From the NCBI GenBank assembly GCA_025774545.1, contig JALGVU010000001.1, positions 28,573-92,572 on the forward strand: 64,000 nt of DNA, given 5' to 3'. Source of the stretch: a bacterium. Its GTDB lineage: Bacteria > Joyebacterota > Joyebacteria > Joyebacterales > Joyebacteraceae. Within the stretch, counting starts at the first letter, position 1. Every line of letters begins with the position of its first letter. A program made the translations under genes and the position numbers. Under the pieces are notes generated by a model, which made no database searches, had not been told where the DNA came from, and saw only the letters and a list, made by a program, of their open reading frames with translations. Below, piece by piece: positions 47,804 through 57,756 of this stretch.

Positions 47804-49393
47804 ATGAACGGGATCGGTGAAACGCTGCACCGGCTCTACGAGCGGTCGGAGGACTACCTCGGACGCTCGTGGCCCGCCTGGTTGGTCGCCATCCTGTTCT
47901 ACGCCGCGGCCTCCAACGTCCTCATGACGCGCGCGAGCTTCAAGACGCCGCTCCACTTCGTCGTCTTCGTGATGGCATTCACGATCCTCGTTCTCACGCT
48001 CATCAAGGTCGAGTGGGCGATTCTCGGGCTCGTTGCCATGATCGCCTTCACCCGTCCTGGCTTCAGTATCGGTCCCATGAGGACCTTCCACGTGAGCGGC
48101 TTCAACGTCGCGCTGGTCGGCGTGTGGATCGTCTACCTGGCTCGCTACTCGATCGACCGCGAGATGGCCTCGCTGGGACCGATCGTCAGGAAGACCGCCG
48201 TCGACAAGATCGCCATCGCCTACGTCTGCCTCGTCACGATCTCGGCGCTTCTCGGAATCAACAAGAACGTCGATCCCGTTCGATTCGGCGACGTCATTTC
48301 GAACGCCGATCCACAGATGAGGGTGCTCCTCTACTACAAAGAGCAGATCCTCTACTTCGCGTGGTTCTATCTGGTCATAACGCTGACGCGCAAGCCAAGA
48401 GATCTGAGACGCCTGGCGGTCGTCTTCGCGATCGGGGGGCTTCTGGTGGCCTTGGTCGGCCTCTACAACCGGTTCACGGGGAGCATGCAGTTGGCGGGGG
48501 CCGACGCGCAGGCCGAGGCCGGAATCGTCGGCGGCCGCTTGAAGTCGGTCGGCTTCCTCGGCGTCGGGCATCCCAACTTCTTCGGCGCGCTGCTCCTCAT
48601 GACGTTGCCCATGTGGTTCTTCATCGTCGACCACGTCAAGGGTTTCTTCCGGAGGCTCTTCTGTAACCTGGCGATCCTCTCGGGTTTCTTGGCGCTCCTC
48701 TTCACGTTCTCGAGGAGCGCCTGGATCGGGATGCTCGCGGGGCTCGCGATGCTCGGTATCACCGACAGGCGCGCTCTCGTGAGGATCGTGTTCTTCCTGA
48801 TGCTCTTCATGGTCGTCGCGCAGGGGCTCTCGCTGACGATCGCCGACATGGGTGTCATCGATCTCATCGGCGGCCGTTTCAGCCAGCTCAGCCGGAGCGG
48901 CTACTCCGAGCGTCCCGAGATCTTCAAGAGCGCCTTCACGCTCATCAGGAGGAACCCCATGACGGGCGTCGGGCCGGGGGCCTATCCGTGGCACGCCGAC
49001 ACGGACTGGCGAGGCGGGGGCCGGCCCGTCCTCCAGGCGCACAACGTCTTCCTGACGATCGCCGCCGAGATCGGTCTTCCGGCGCTCATCGCCTGGGCGG
49101 CGCTCCTGATCGCGATCTTCGTCATGGCGATCAAGAACCTGAGGGTCCTCTCGCGCGTTCCCGGATACGGGTTCATCGCGCAGGGCGCCTACGCGGCGCT
49201 CTTCGCTACGACCGCGCAGAGCTTCTTCGTGCACCTCTTCACGGACAGAAACGTCGGGTACGCCTACTTCACGATGATCGCCATCATCGTCGTCCTCAAT
49301 CGGTTCGTGCGGGAGGGACGATTGACGGCGTCGGGTGAGGTGCTTCCCGAGGGCACTCCTCCGCAGCCGCGTTCGACGGTCTGGGTCGAGTGA
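47804..49393 (+). CDS. wzy: O-antigen polymerase / ligase-like membrane protein (Wzy)
   Basis: About 12 TM helices. Wzy_C motif region (FTFSRSAWIGMLAGL ... GVGPGAY). Visibly lower GC than neighbours. Confidence 0.7.
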   Translation: MNGIGETLHRLYERSEDYLGRSWPAWLVAILFYAAASNVLMTRASFKTPLHFVVFVMAFTILVLTLIKVEWAILGLVAMIAFTRPGFSIGPMRTFHVSGFNVALVGVWIVYLARYSIDREMASLGPIVRKTAVDKIAIAYVCLVTISALLGINKNVDPVRFGDVISNADPQMRVLLYYKEQILYFAWFYLVITLTRKPRDLRRLAVVFAIGGLLVALVGLYNRFTGSMQLAGADAQAEAGIVGGRLKSVGFLGVGHPNFFGALLLMTLPMWFFIVDHVKGFFRRLFCNLAILSGFLALLFTFSRSAWIGMLAGLAMLGITDRRALVRIVFFLMLFMVVAQGLSLTIADMGVIDLIGGRFSQLSRSGYSERPEIFKSAFTLIRRNPMTGVGPGAYPWHADTDWRGGGRPVLQAHNVFLTIAAEIGLPALIAWAALLIAIFVMAIKNLRVLSRVPGYGFIAQGAYAALFATTAQSFFVHLFTDRNVGYAYFTMIAIIVVLNRFVREGRLTASGEVLPEGTPPQPRSTVWVE

Positions 49394-50568
49394 TGGGAGC
49401 CAAACCGCGCGTCCCTGAGGCGCTTCCGAGCGAGATAGCGTTTGTGACCGACGCGCGCGCGTGGGGCGGCGCCGAGGTCTACCTGACGCAGCTCCTCGTC
49501 GGGTTCCGGCGGCTCGGCATCCGCACCAAACTCTACTGCGCCGATCGTCGGGTCATCGACGATTGGGCCGACGATCTCAAGAGCCAGGGCATCGAGGTCG
49601 CCTTCTTCCGGCCGACGAAGGAGTTCAACCCCCTCGGCGTCTTCGTTGCCTGGCGGTGCCTGCGAGGCTACGAGTTCGTTCACGTCAACAAGACGCAGAC
49701 CAGGAACTCCCTCCCGGCGATCATCGGCGCGCGCCTCGCGGGTGCTGCGACCGTCGTCACGACGGAACACCTCGCCATCCCGATCGAGTCCCACTACCCG
49801 TTCGGCAGGGCGATCATCACGACGCTCGCCCGAATCACGAACCGGCTCGTCGATCGCGTGATCGCGGTCTCGGAGCTCTCCCGCACGATGCTGATCGAGA
49901 ACTACTCCCTCGATCCGTCGACGATCGTCACCGTCAGGAACGGAATCGACCTGGCGCGGTTCCGGGGGGAGTTCGACTCGGCTCCTTTGCGCCGCGAGCT
50001 CGGCCTCGCTGAGGACGATCTCGTGGCGATCTTCGTCGGGAGGCTGACGCCCCGGAAGGGGCACGCCTACGCTCTCGAAGCGGCGCCCTCGGTTCTCGCC
50101 GCGATTCCGGGCTTCAAGCTCCTCTTCGTGGGGGACGGGGAGCTCGAGACGGAGCTGCGCCGGCGGGCGCGGACACTCGGGATCGAGGGCTCCGTCGTCT
50201 TCGCCGGCTTCCGCCGCGACATCGCGGAGCTTCTCGCCGCGTCGGATCTCCTGATCCTCCCGTCCGAGAGCGAGTGCCTTCCGCTCACGATCCTGGAGGC
50301 GATGGCCTCGGGACTCCCGGTCGTCGCGGGCGACGTCGGCGGCGTGAGCGAGGAGGTCGAGGACGCCGTGACGGGCCTGCTCGTTCAGCCGCGGGACGCC
50401 GACGGGCTCGCCGAGGCGATCGTCGCGATTCTCGGCGCGCCGGATCACGGCGCAGGTCTGGGCGCCGCCGGCAGGGAGAAGGTGGAGGCCGAATTCAGCC
50501 TCGACGCCTGCATCAGCGGCGTCCTTCGCGTCTACGACGAGCTTCTGAATGAGGTGGCGCGACGATGA
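49390..50568 (+). CDS. Glycosyltransferase family 4
   Basis: GT4 fold (GGAEVY ..., LEAMASGLPVVAGDVGG). Confidence 0.8.
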   Translation: MMGAKPRVPEALPSEIAFVTDARAWGGAEVYLTQLLVGFRRLGIRTKLYCADRRVIDDWADDLKSQGIEVAFFRPTKEFNPLGVFVAWRCLRGYEFVHVNKTQTRNSLPAIIGARLAGAATVVTTEHLAIPIESHYPFGRAIITTLARITNRLVDRVIAVSELSRTMLIENYSLDPSTIVTVRNGIDLARFRGEFDSAPLRRELGLAEDDLVAIFVGRLTPRKGHAYALEAAPSVLAAIPGFKLLFVGDGELETELRRRARTLGIEGSVVFAGFRRDIAELLAASDLLILPSESECLPLTILEAMASGLPVVAGDVGGVSEEVEDAVTGLLVQPRDADGLAEAIVAILGAPDHGAGLGAAGREKVEAEFSLDACISGVLRVYDELLNEVARR

Positions 50569-51809
50569 GCGACACACGGACGCTCAGGATCCTCAGCGTC
50601 AATCAGTGGTTCTACCCGGACAGCTTCGGGGGCATCGAGCGCGTCTCATACGAGACCGCGAGGCGGCTGGCCGCCCGCGGCCACGTGATCGACCTCGTGG
50701 GGGAGAGGCGGAGGGCGGACACGCCCGACGTCGAGGAGCTGTACGGCGTGACGGTGCATCGCTACGGCAGCTGCGAGCAGAGCCGCCGATTCGGCGGCCG
50801 GACGATCGGGGCGCTCTACCGCTCGCGCCCGGTCATCGCGGGCCTCCTCGCCGAGAACCGGTACGACCTCGTGCTGGGGCAGCATCAGCTGCCGATGTAC
50901 GCCTACCTGAGAACTGCCCGCCGCAAGACCGTCCCGGAGGTTCAGATCTTCCATGCTTCGTACTGGCGCGAGCTTCGCCTCGAGGGAGCGGAGCGGAACA
51001 TCGGCAAGCCGCTCGAGACGCTCCTCTACGGGACGCTCGTCAAGCGGGCGGAGGCGGCGGGACTCAGGCGCGCCGACCGCGTCGTCATTCTGTCGGACTT
51101 CTCCAGAGAACAGCTCCTCGCGTATCACCCGTTCGTCGACGGCAAGATCGTCAAGATCGCGGGCGGTGTCGATCTCGAACGCTTCCGCCCCGCCGCCGAT
51201 CGCGCGGCTCTCAGACGCGAGTTGGGTCTCCCGGCGGATCGGCAGATCCTCTTCACCGCCCGCCGACTCGTGCCCCGGATGGGGCTCGAGAACCTGATCG
51301 TGGGGTTCGCGGAGGCGCGCGGCGGCTTCCCGAGCGCTCTTCTCGTCATCGCCGGGCGCGGTCGCCTCGAGGACGACCTCCGAAGGCTCGTGGCCGCTCA
51401 CGGGCTCACGGATGCGGTCTCGTTTGTCGGGTTCGTCCACGACGACGAGCTCGTGAAGCACTACCAGGTGGCCGATCTCTTTGTGCTGCCCTCCCTCGCG
51501 TTCGAGGGGTTCGGCATGGTGACCCTCGAGGCCCTCTCCTGCGGCACGCCGGTGATCGGAACGCCGATCGGGGCGACCCCGGAGCTTCTCCGACCACTCT
51601 CCCCGCAGCTCCTCCTCTCCGGCACGGAACCGCCGGCGATCCGTCGAGGCATCCACATCCTGCTCGAGTGGCTCTCCGACGCGAAGGCGGCGGAAGAGCT
51701 GAGAGCGCGGTGCCGCGCCTACGTCGAGGAGCGGTACGGCTGGGATCGGGCGGTCGACGCGCTCGAGGAGCTGTTCCTCGCGCTCGTCGCGGGCGGAGCA
51801 GGATCGTGA
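50565..51809 (+). CDS. Glycosyltransferase family 4
   Basis: GT4 fold (FGGIERV..., LEALSCGTPVIGT). Confidence 0.8.
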   Translation: MSDTRTLRILSVNQWFYPDSFGGIERVSYETARRLAARGHVIDLVGERRRADTPDVEELYGVTVHRYGSCEQSRRFGGRTIGALYRSRPVIAGLLAENRYDLVLGQHQLPMYAYLRTARRKTVPEVQIFHASYWRELRLEGAERNIGKPLETLLYGTLVKRAEAAGLRRADRVVILSDFSREQLLAYHPFVDGKIVKIAGGVDLERFRPAADRAALRRELGLPADRQILFTARRLVPRMGLENLIVGFAEARGGFPSALLVIAGRGRLEDDLRRLVAAHGLTDAVSFVGFVHDDELVKHYQVADLFVLPSLAFEGFGMVTLEALSCGTPVIGTPIGATPELLRPLSPQLLLSGTEPPAIRRGIHILLEWLSDAKAAEELRARCRAYVEERYGWDRAVDALEELFLALVAGGAGS

Positions 51810-51823
51810 GCCGGAACTCACGC

Positions 51824-54109
51824 ATGCGCTGGTTGATCGCGAGGGCGCGGGCGATGACGCCCGCGGAGCTCACGCTCCGCGGGTCGCGCGCGGCCAGGGA
51901 GGCGGTGCGCCGCCGCTCCCGTGGGCGACGCGGCGAGGCGCTGCCGTCCCTCCGCGATCTCCTCGACCCTCGAACCGTCGACCTCGATGCCGCGACGGCC
52001 GAGACGCTCGTGTCGTCGATCCGTGGCCGCGCGCTCGCGGTCGGGGATCCGGTCGAGACGGAGCGCGCTCTCGGCGCGATCGGCGGTTCTCGGGACGCTG
52101 TCGTCCGGGCGGCGGACGAGGTGCTCGCTGGGGCGATCGCGGCGTTCGGCCACGGGACCCTCGACATCGGGACGTCGCCGGATTGGCTGCGCGACCCGGT
52201 CAGCGGCCGGAGCTGGCCGCTCGTCTTCTGGCCGGACGTCGACTACCGGTTCGACGACTCGGTGGGCGACCCGCGATACGTCTGGGAGGTCAACCGCCAC
52301 CACCACCTCGCCACGCTCGGCAGGGCGTTCCATCTGTCGGGGGAGCCGCGATTTGCGACGGCGGTCTGGTCCCACATCCTGTCATGGATCGACCGGAACC
52401 CGCCGTATCGTGGAATCAACTGGTCAAGCGCACTCGAGATGGCCATCCGCCTGATTTCATGGGGGATGGCGCTCGACCTCGTCGGGTGCGAGGGAGCGCC
52501 CGAGGGTGCGGCCGAGAGGGTGCTCACGAGCGTGTCATTGCAGGCTCACCACCTGTGTGATAATCTTTCCGTTTATGCCTCGTCGAAGAACAACCACCTG
52601 ATTGGCGAAGCAGTGGGGCTTCTGGCCGCCGGGACCCTCTTTCCGGAGCTCCTCAAGGCCGGCGCCTGGGCGAGGAAGGGGCGGACGCTCCTGGAACGCG
52701 AGATCCGGGCACAGGTGAGCCCGGACGGCGTCAGTCGGGAACAGACGTTGCACTACCAGGTCTTCGTGCTCGAGTTCTGCCTGGTTGCGGCGGCGCTCGC
52801 TCGCACATCGGGGCGGCCTCTCTCTCCGGCCTTCTTGACGACTGTCGAAGAGATGGGGGTCTTCCTCGAGCGGACGGCAGGCCTCGCCGGCTCGCCGCCC
52901 TCCGTGGGCGACGAGGACGGCGGCCGCGTCTACGAGCTCGCCGACGAGACCGAACGGCAGGCGGCACGGGCCGCGGCTTGCGCCGCGTTTGCGGCCGGGC
53001 GGCCCCCGCGCGCGCCACTGAGGGAGCGCGATCTCGAGCCGGCCGTGTGGCTCTTCGGGCCTTCCGACGTGGGGGCGTGGCTCTCGTCTCGGACGGGCGA
53101 GCCGCGTGGCAGCGCGACCGAGTCGGCCGCCTACACGCTCGGCGGCTACTTCGTCCCCTCATCGGGAAGTCAGCACGGCGTGATCGACTGCGGTCCCCTC
53201 GGACTCGGGTCGATCGCGGCGCACGGACACGCGGACTGCCTGTCGCTCTCGATCGCGGATCGCGGCAGGTGGCTCGTGGTCGATCCCGGGACCTACTGCT
53301 ACCACCGCGAGCGGGTTCTGCGCGATCACTTCCGTGGCACGGCGGCGCACAACACCGTGTGCGTCGACGGGCGCGATCAGTCGGAGATCCTGGGTCCCTT
53401 TCTGTGGGGACGTCGCGCGCGCCACGAGCAGCTTGCGTGGGCGTCGGGTGACGGCTTCGACTTCTTCGACGGCGCGCACGACGGGTACGAGAGAACGTCC
53501 GGCGTGCGACACCGCCGGAGAGTCGTGTTCGGGAAGAGAGGGTACTGGATCGTCGTCGACAGCCTCGAGGGCACCGGCCGACACACGATCGGGGCGACGT
53601 TTCAGCTCGCGCCGGGCCTCGAACCCACCGCGGACGGCGGGCTCGAGTTCCGGCACGCCGACGGGTTCGGCGTCGCGTTTCGCGCGTGGCTGCCGGCGGG
53701 GCTTCGCATCGACGTTCTCGAAGGGCGGGAAGACCCGCCGGCGGGATGGGTCTCTCCCGCGTTCGGCGTCAAGCTTGCCGCTCCGGCCGTGAGGGCCACG
53801 GGGGAGATCGATCTTCCGGCGACGCTCGTCTTTGCGGTCGTCCCCTTCGAGGGGGAGCCCGAGATCGACGTCGAGTGCCTGACGGGGGCCTGGAGGGACG
53901 GCGCGGTGTTCGAGGCGACCTTCCCGGAGGGGCGAGACCGGTGCTTCCTCGGCCGTCCGCCGGCGTCGCCCGGGACCGGCACCTTCGACGGGGCGTTCGG
54001 GTTCACCGCCCACCGCGGGGCGGAGCGACGGGCGTACGGGTTTGAGATCAGAGACTGGAAGGACGGCGACGCGGCCGTCCCCCACGAGGAGATCCGCTGC
54101 GCGCTCTAG
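51824..54109 (+). CDS. Heparinase II/III-family protein (polysaccharide lyase/epimerase-like fold)
   Basis: N-terminal alpha/alpha toroid region (WEVNRHHHL, NHL) and C-terminal Hepar_II_III beta-sandwich (HGHADCLS). Start codon uncertain: the in-frame GTG at 51806 overlaps the upstream stop, the ATG at 51824 was chosen. The 50549 N-terminal extension of the track ORF was rejected. Confidence 0.65.
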   Translation: MRWLIARARAMTPAELTLRGSRAAREAVRRRSRGRRGEALPSLRDLLDPRTVDLDAATAETLVSSIRGRALAVGDPVETERALGAIGGSRDAVVRAADEVLAGAIAAFGHGTLDIGTSPDWLRDPVSGRSWPLVFWPDVDYRFDDSVGDPRYVWEVNRHHHLATLGRAFHLSGEPRFATAVWSHILSWIDRNPPYRGINWSSALEMAIRLISWGMALDLVGCEGAPEGAAERVLTSVSLQAHHLCDNLSVYASSKNNHLIGEAVGLLAAGTLFPELLKAGAWARKGRTLLEREIRAQVSPDGVSREQTLHYQVFVLEFCLVAAALARTSGRPLSPAFLTTVEEMGVFLERTAGLAGSPPSVGDEDGGRVYELADETERQAARAAACAAFAAGRPPRAPLRERDLEPAVWLFGPSDVGAWLSSRTGEPRGSATESAAYTLGGYFVPSSGSQHGVIDCGPLGLGSIAAHGHADCLSLSIADRGRWLVVDPGTYCYHRERVLRDHFRGTAAHNTVCVDGRDQSEILGPFLWGRRARHEQLAWASGDGFDFFDGAHDGYERTSGVRHRRRVVFGKRGYWIVVDSLEGTGRHTIGATFQLAPGLEPTADGGLEFRHADGFGVAFRAWLPAGLRIDVLEGREDPPAGWVSPAFGVKLAAPAVRATGEIDLPATLVFAVVPFEGEPEIDVECLTGAWRDGAVFEATFPEGRDRCFLGRPPASPGTGTFDGAFGFTAHRGAERRAYGFEIRDWKDGDAAVPHEEIRCAL

Positions 54110-54143
54110 CGGACCCACGCGAGAGAGGAGCACGAGAAGTCAC

Positions 54144-55469
54144 ATGCGAGTCAGCGTTCTCGGCCTAGGCTACGTGGGGTGCGTATCGGCGGCGTGTCTG
54201 TCCAATCTCGGCCACACCGTCGTGGGCCTCGACGTCAACCCGAAGAAGCTCGAGCCGATCAACGACGGCAAGAGCCCGATCGTGGAGCCCGGCCTTCAGG
54301 AGCTGGTGGGGAGGGGCGTGGCGGAGGGGAGGCTCTCGGCGACCGACGACTACGAGACCGCCGTGACGGACACGGAGATCTCGCTGGTCTGCGTCGGCAC
54401 GCCGTCGATGGAGGACGGGCGCCCGAATCTGAAGTACACGAAGCGCGTGTGTCAGCAGCTCGCCGACGTGTTCGCGAAGAAGGACGAGTTCCACACGGTC
54501 ATCTTCCGCAGCACGATCCCCCCCGGCACGGTGGAGAACGAGCTGATCCCGGTTCTCGAGCAGGGATCGGGCAAGAAGGAGGGGGAGGGGTTCGGCGTCT
54601 GCTTCAACCCGGAGTTCCTGCGCGAGGCGTCCGCCGTTCAGGACTTCCATCACCCGCCGAAGATCGTGATCGGGGAGACGAGTCCCGGGAGCCGCGCGGG
54701 CGACGCGCTCGTGGAGCTGTACGCCTCGATCGAGGCTCCGCTCGTCAGAACCAACCTCAAGGTCGCGGAGATGGTCAAGTACGCCGACAACTGCTTCCAC
54801 GCGATCAAGGTCTGTTTCGCGAACGAGATCGGGAACCTCTGCAAGGGGCTCGGCGTCGACGACAGCCACAAGGTCATGGAGATCTTCTGCCTCGACACGC
54901 AGCTCAATCTTTCGCCCTACTATCTGAAGCCGGGGTTCGCGTTCGGCGGCTCGTGTCTTCCGAAGGACCTCAGGGCCATCGTGGGGATGAGCCGCGATCT
55001 CGGGATCGAGTGCCCCGTGCTCAGGGCGGTGACTCCGTCCAACAGGCTCCAGATCGAGCGGGCGATCGACTCGGTCCGCAACACGGGGAAGAGGAGGGTC
55101 GGCGTGCTCGGCATGAGTTTCAAGGCGGGGACGGACGATCTGAGGGAGAGCCCGATCGTCGAGGTCGTCGGGACACTCATCGGCAAGGGCTACGAGCTGT
55201 CGATCTACGACAGGAACATCTCGTGGGAGGCGCTCCTGGGATCCAACCTCGGGTTCCTCGAGCACGAGCTCCCGTACGCTCAGCGGCTCAAGGCACAGAC
55301 GGTCGACGAGGTCATCGAGCGGTCGGACGTGCTGGTCGTGGCGAACTCCTCCGATGAGTTCAAGCACGTCCCGGAGAAGATGCGCGACGACCAGATCCTG
55401 ATCGACCTCGTCCGGATCGTCGACGATCCCTCGAAGGTGAACGGGAAGTACGTCGGGATCGCCTGGTAA
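54144..55469 (+). CDS. algD: GDP-mannose 6-dehydrogenase (AlgD-like nucleotide-sugar dehydrogenase)
   Basis: N-terminus MRVSVLGLGYVGCVSAACLSNLGHTVVGLDV...GKSPIVEPGL is collinear with AlgD. Catalytic Cys region GFAFGGSCLPKD. SD GAGAGGAG. Confidence 0.75.
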   Translation: MRVSVLGLGYVGCVSAACLSNLGHTVVGLDVNPKKLEPINDGKSPIVEPGLQELVGRGVAEGRLSATDDYETAVTDTEISLVCVGTPSMEDGRPNLKYTKRVCQQLADVFAKKDEFHTVIFRSTIPPGTVENELIPVLEQGSGKKEGEGFGVCFNPEFLREASAVQDFHHPPKIVIGETSPGSRAGDALVELYASIEAPLVRTNLKVAEMVKYADNCFHAIKVCFANEIGNLCKGLGVDDSHKVMEIFCLDTQLNLSPYYLKPGFAFGGSCLPKDLRAIVGMSRDLGIECPVLRAVTPSNRLQIERAIDSVRNTGKRRVGVLGMSFKAGTDDLRESPIVEVVGTLIGKGYELSIYDRNISWEALLGSNLGFLEHELPYAQRLKAQTVDEVIERSDVLVVANSSDEFKHVPEKMRDDQILIDLVRIVDDPSKVNGKYVGIAW

Positions 55470-55515
55470 CGCGCGAGAGCCCCTGACGTTCAGGGGCGCG
55501 CATCGGAGAGTCCCT

Positions 55516-56742
55516 TTGAAGGGCAAGAGGCACATCGTCATCATCGTCGAGAACCTGCCGGTCCCGTTCGATCGACGCGTCTGGCTCGAGTCGACGACGC
55601 TCAAGGCCGCCGGATACGACGTCAGCGTGATCTGTCCGCAGGGCAGCGGCGGGGCCTACAGCGAGCCGCACGAGGAGATCGACGGGATACACATCTATCG
55701 GTACAAGCACCCTCCGCCCACGACGACGAAGATCTCCTACGCGTGGGAGTTCCCGTACTGCTGGTTCAACAGCCTCAGGCTGGCGCTCGGGATTGCGAGG
55801 AGGGAGGGCTTTGACGCGATTCACGCGTGCAACCCGCCGGACACGTTCTTCCTGATCGGTGTCATCTTCAAGCTCCTCAGACGCTCGAAGTTCGTCTACG
55901 ACCAGCACGATCTCTGCCCCGAGCTCTACCTGTCCCGGTTCGGCGGGAGGAGGGCGCTCTACTTCTGGCTCCTGCGGTTGCTCGAGTGGGTCACCTACCG
56001 CTCGGCCGACATGGTGCTCGCGACGAACGAGTCGTACAAGGGACACGCCGTCGAGACGGGGAAGGTCCCGGCCGACGACGTCTACGTCGTCAGGAGCGGT
56101 CCACGCCTCACGCACTTCAACCCGGTGCCTCCCGAGCCCGAGCTCAAGAGGGGACGGAAGAACCTCGTGTGCTACCTCGGCGTGATGGCGCCGCAGGACG
56201 GCCTCGACTACCTGCTCCGCGCGGCGAGGCACGTCATCGACGTCGTCAACCGCCGCGACGTGCACTTCGTCCTGATCGGGAGCGGGGACTCGTTCGAAGC
56301 GGTCAAGAGCCTGAGGGACGACCTCGGCCTGGCCGACTACGTTGAGATGACCGGCCGCATCCCCGACGCGGACGTGCAGCGCTACCTCTCCACGGCGGAC
56401 CTCTGTGTCTGCCCGGATCCGAGGAACCCCCTGAACGACGTCTCGACCATGAACAAGGTCCTCGAGTACATGACCTTCTCCAAGGCCATGGTCTCGTTCG
56501 ATCTGATCGAGAGCCGGTTCTCGGCGCGGGACGGAGCGCTCTACGCGAGCCCGAACGACGAGATCGAGTTCGGCGAACGGATCATCCAGCTCCTGGACGA
56601 CGACGAGCTTCGGGAGGAGATGGGGGCGCGGAACCGGAAGCGGATCGAGGACGAGCTCTCGTGGGAGCACACGAGCAAGGAGCTCCTCAGGGCCTACGGC
56701 GTGCTGTTCGGAGGGAGCGAGGGAGCGGAAGGGAAGGGATGA
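55516..56742 (+). CDS. Glycosyltransferase family 4
   Basis: TTG start. GT4 fold (HACNPPDTF ... E-rich C-terminal motif). Confidence 0.75.
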   Translation: MKGKRHIVIIVENLPVPFDRRVWLESTTLKAAGYDVSVICPQGSGGAYSEPHEEIDGIHIYRYKHPPPTTTKISYAWEFPYCWFNSLRLALGIARREGFDAIHACNPPDTFFLIGVIFKLLRRSKFVYDQHDLCPELYLSRFGGRRALYFWLLRLLEWVTYRSADMVLATNESYKGHAVETGKVPADDVYVVRSGPRLTHFNPVPPEPELKRGRKNLVCYLGVMAPQDGLDYLLRAARHVIDVVNRRDVHFVLIGSGDSFEAVKSLRDDLGLADYVEMTGRIPDADVQRYLSTADLCVCPDPRNPLNDVSTMNKVLEYMTFSKAMVSFDLIESRFSARDGALYASPNDEIEFGERIIQLLDDDELREEMGARNRKRIEDELSWEHTSKELLRAYGVLFGGSEGAEGKG

Positions 56743-57722
56743 TGGGTCCCCTGGGGTGCGTCGTCGCGGTCACGTACCGGTGCGACGCCAGATGCACGAT
56801 GTGCGACATCTGGAAGCAGGAGGTCGACCGGGAGACGGAGCTTGCGGCTTCCGACTACGCCTGGCTTCCCGCGTCGCTCCGATCGATCAACGTCAGCGGG
56901 GGCGAGCCGTTTCTCCGAGACGATCTCGTCGAGATCGTCTCGGTGATGCGGCGGGCGTGCCCGAAGGCGAGGATCGTCATCTCGACGAACGGGCTGGCGC
57001 CCTCGCGGATCGAGCGCATGGTCGGCGAGATGGGGGACGTCGCGGTCAGGGTGTCGGTCGACGCTGCGGGGTCCCTGCACGATGAGATCCGGGGCGTCGA
57101 CGGCGCGTACGAGCGCGCGATCGAGACCGCTCTCAGGCTCCGGGCCGCGGGCGTCAGCGACCTCGGGCTCGCCGCGACCTCAACGGAGGGGAACCCCGGC
57201 GAGCTCAGGGGAGTGAAGGAGGTCGCCGACGGTTTCGGCATGGAGTTCGCCGCGAGCGCTGCCCACAGCTCGCCGATCTTCTTCGGCGAGCACGAGAGCG
57301 AGCGGCCCCACTCGGACCGTGCGGTCGCGGAGATCGCCGGGATCATGAGGGAGTGGCTCAGGTCGCCGAGGCCGCGTGACTGGGCGAAGGCATACTACAT
57401 GCGCGGCCTCATCGACTACGTGCAGGGCAAGCCCAGGCGCCTCGCGTGCCGGGCCGGTCTGGACCTCTTCTTCCTCGATCCGAAGGGTCTCGTCTACCCC
57501 TGCAACATCTCGGGGACCCTCATGGGGAACGTGAGGGACGGGAGCTTCGAGGACTTGAGGCGGGCGACCCGAACGGAAGTGCGCCGCAAGGTGGCGGAGT
57601 GCCCGCACCAGTGCTGGATGATCTGCACGGTCTCGCCTCCCATGTGGAGGAGGCCCTTGGGTCCTCTCGCGTGGATGGCCGGAGCCAAGCTTCTGAAGCT
57701 TGACAGCCGCGCGGGTCAATGA
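56739..57722 (+). CDS. Radical SAM domain protein (CxxxCxxC; SPASM/twitch-like C-terminal Cys)
   Basis: YRCDARCTMCD motif 10 aa from the start and C-terminal CPHQCWMIC. ATG overlaps the upstream stop. Confidence 0.7.
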   Translation: MMGPLGCVVAVTYRCDARCTMCDIWKQEVDRETELAASDYAWLPASLRSINVSGGEPFLRDDLVEIVSVMRRACPKARIVISTNGLAPSRIERMVGEMGDVAVRVSVDAAGSLHDEIRGVDGAYERAIETALRLRAAGVSDLGLAATSTEGNPGELRGVKEVADGFGMEFAASAAHSSPIFFGEHESERPHSDRAVAEIAGIMREWLRSPRPRDWAKAYYMRGLIDYVQGKPRRLACRAGLDLFFLDPKGLVYPCNISGTLMGNVRDGSFEDLRRATRTEVRRKVAECPHQCWMICTVSPPMWRRPLGPLAWMAGAKLLKLDSRAGQ

Positions 57723-57756
57723 GAGTCTCATGATCTCAAGGCGAACGGACGGACCG

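Noticed and set aside
50549-51823. N-terminal 420 aa of the 1186-aa + strand ORF (frame overlapping two GT4 genes)
   Set aside because: This part is Arg/Pro-rich nonsense in an alternative frame of the GT4 genes. Only the portion from 51824 (heparinase II/III-like) is credible.
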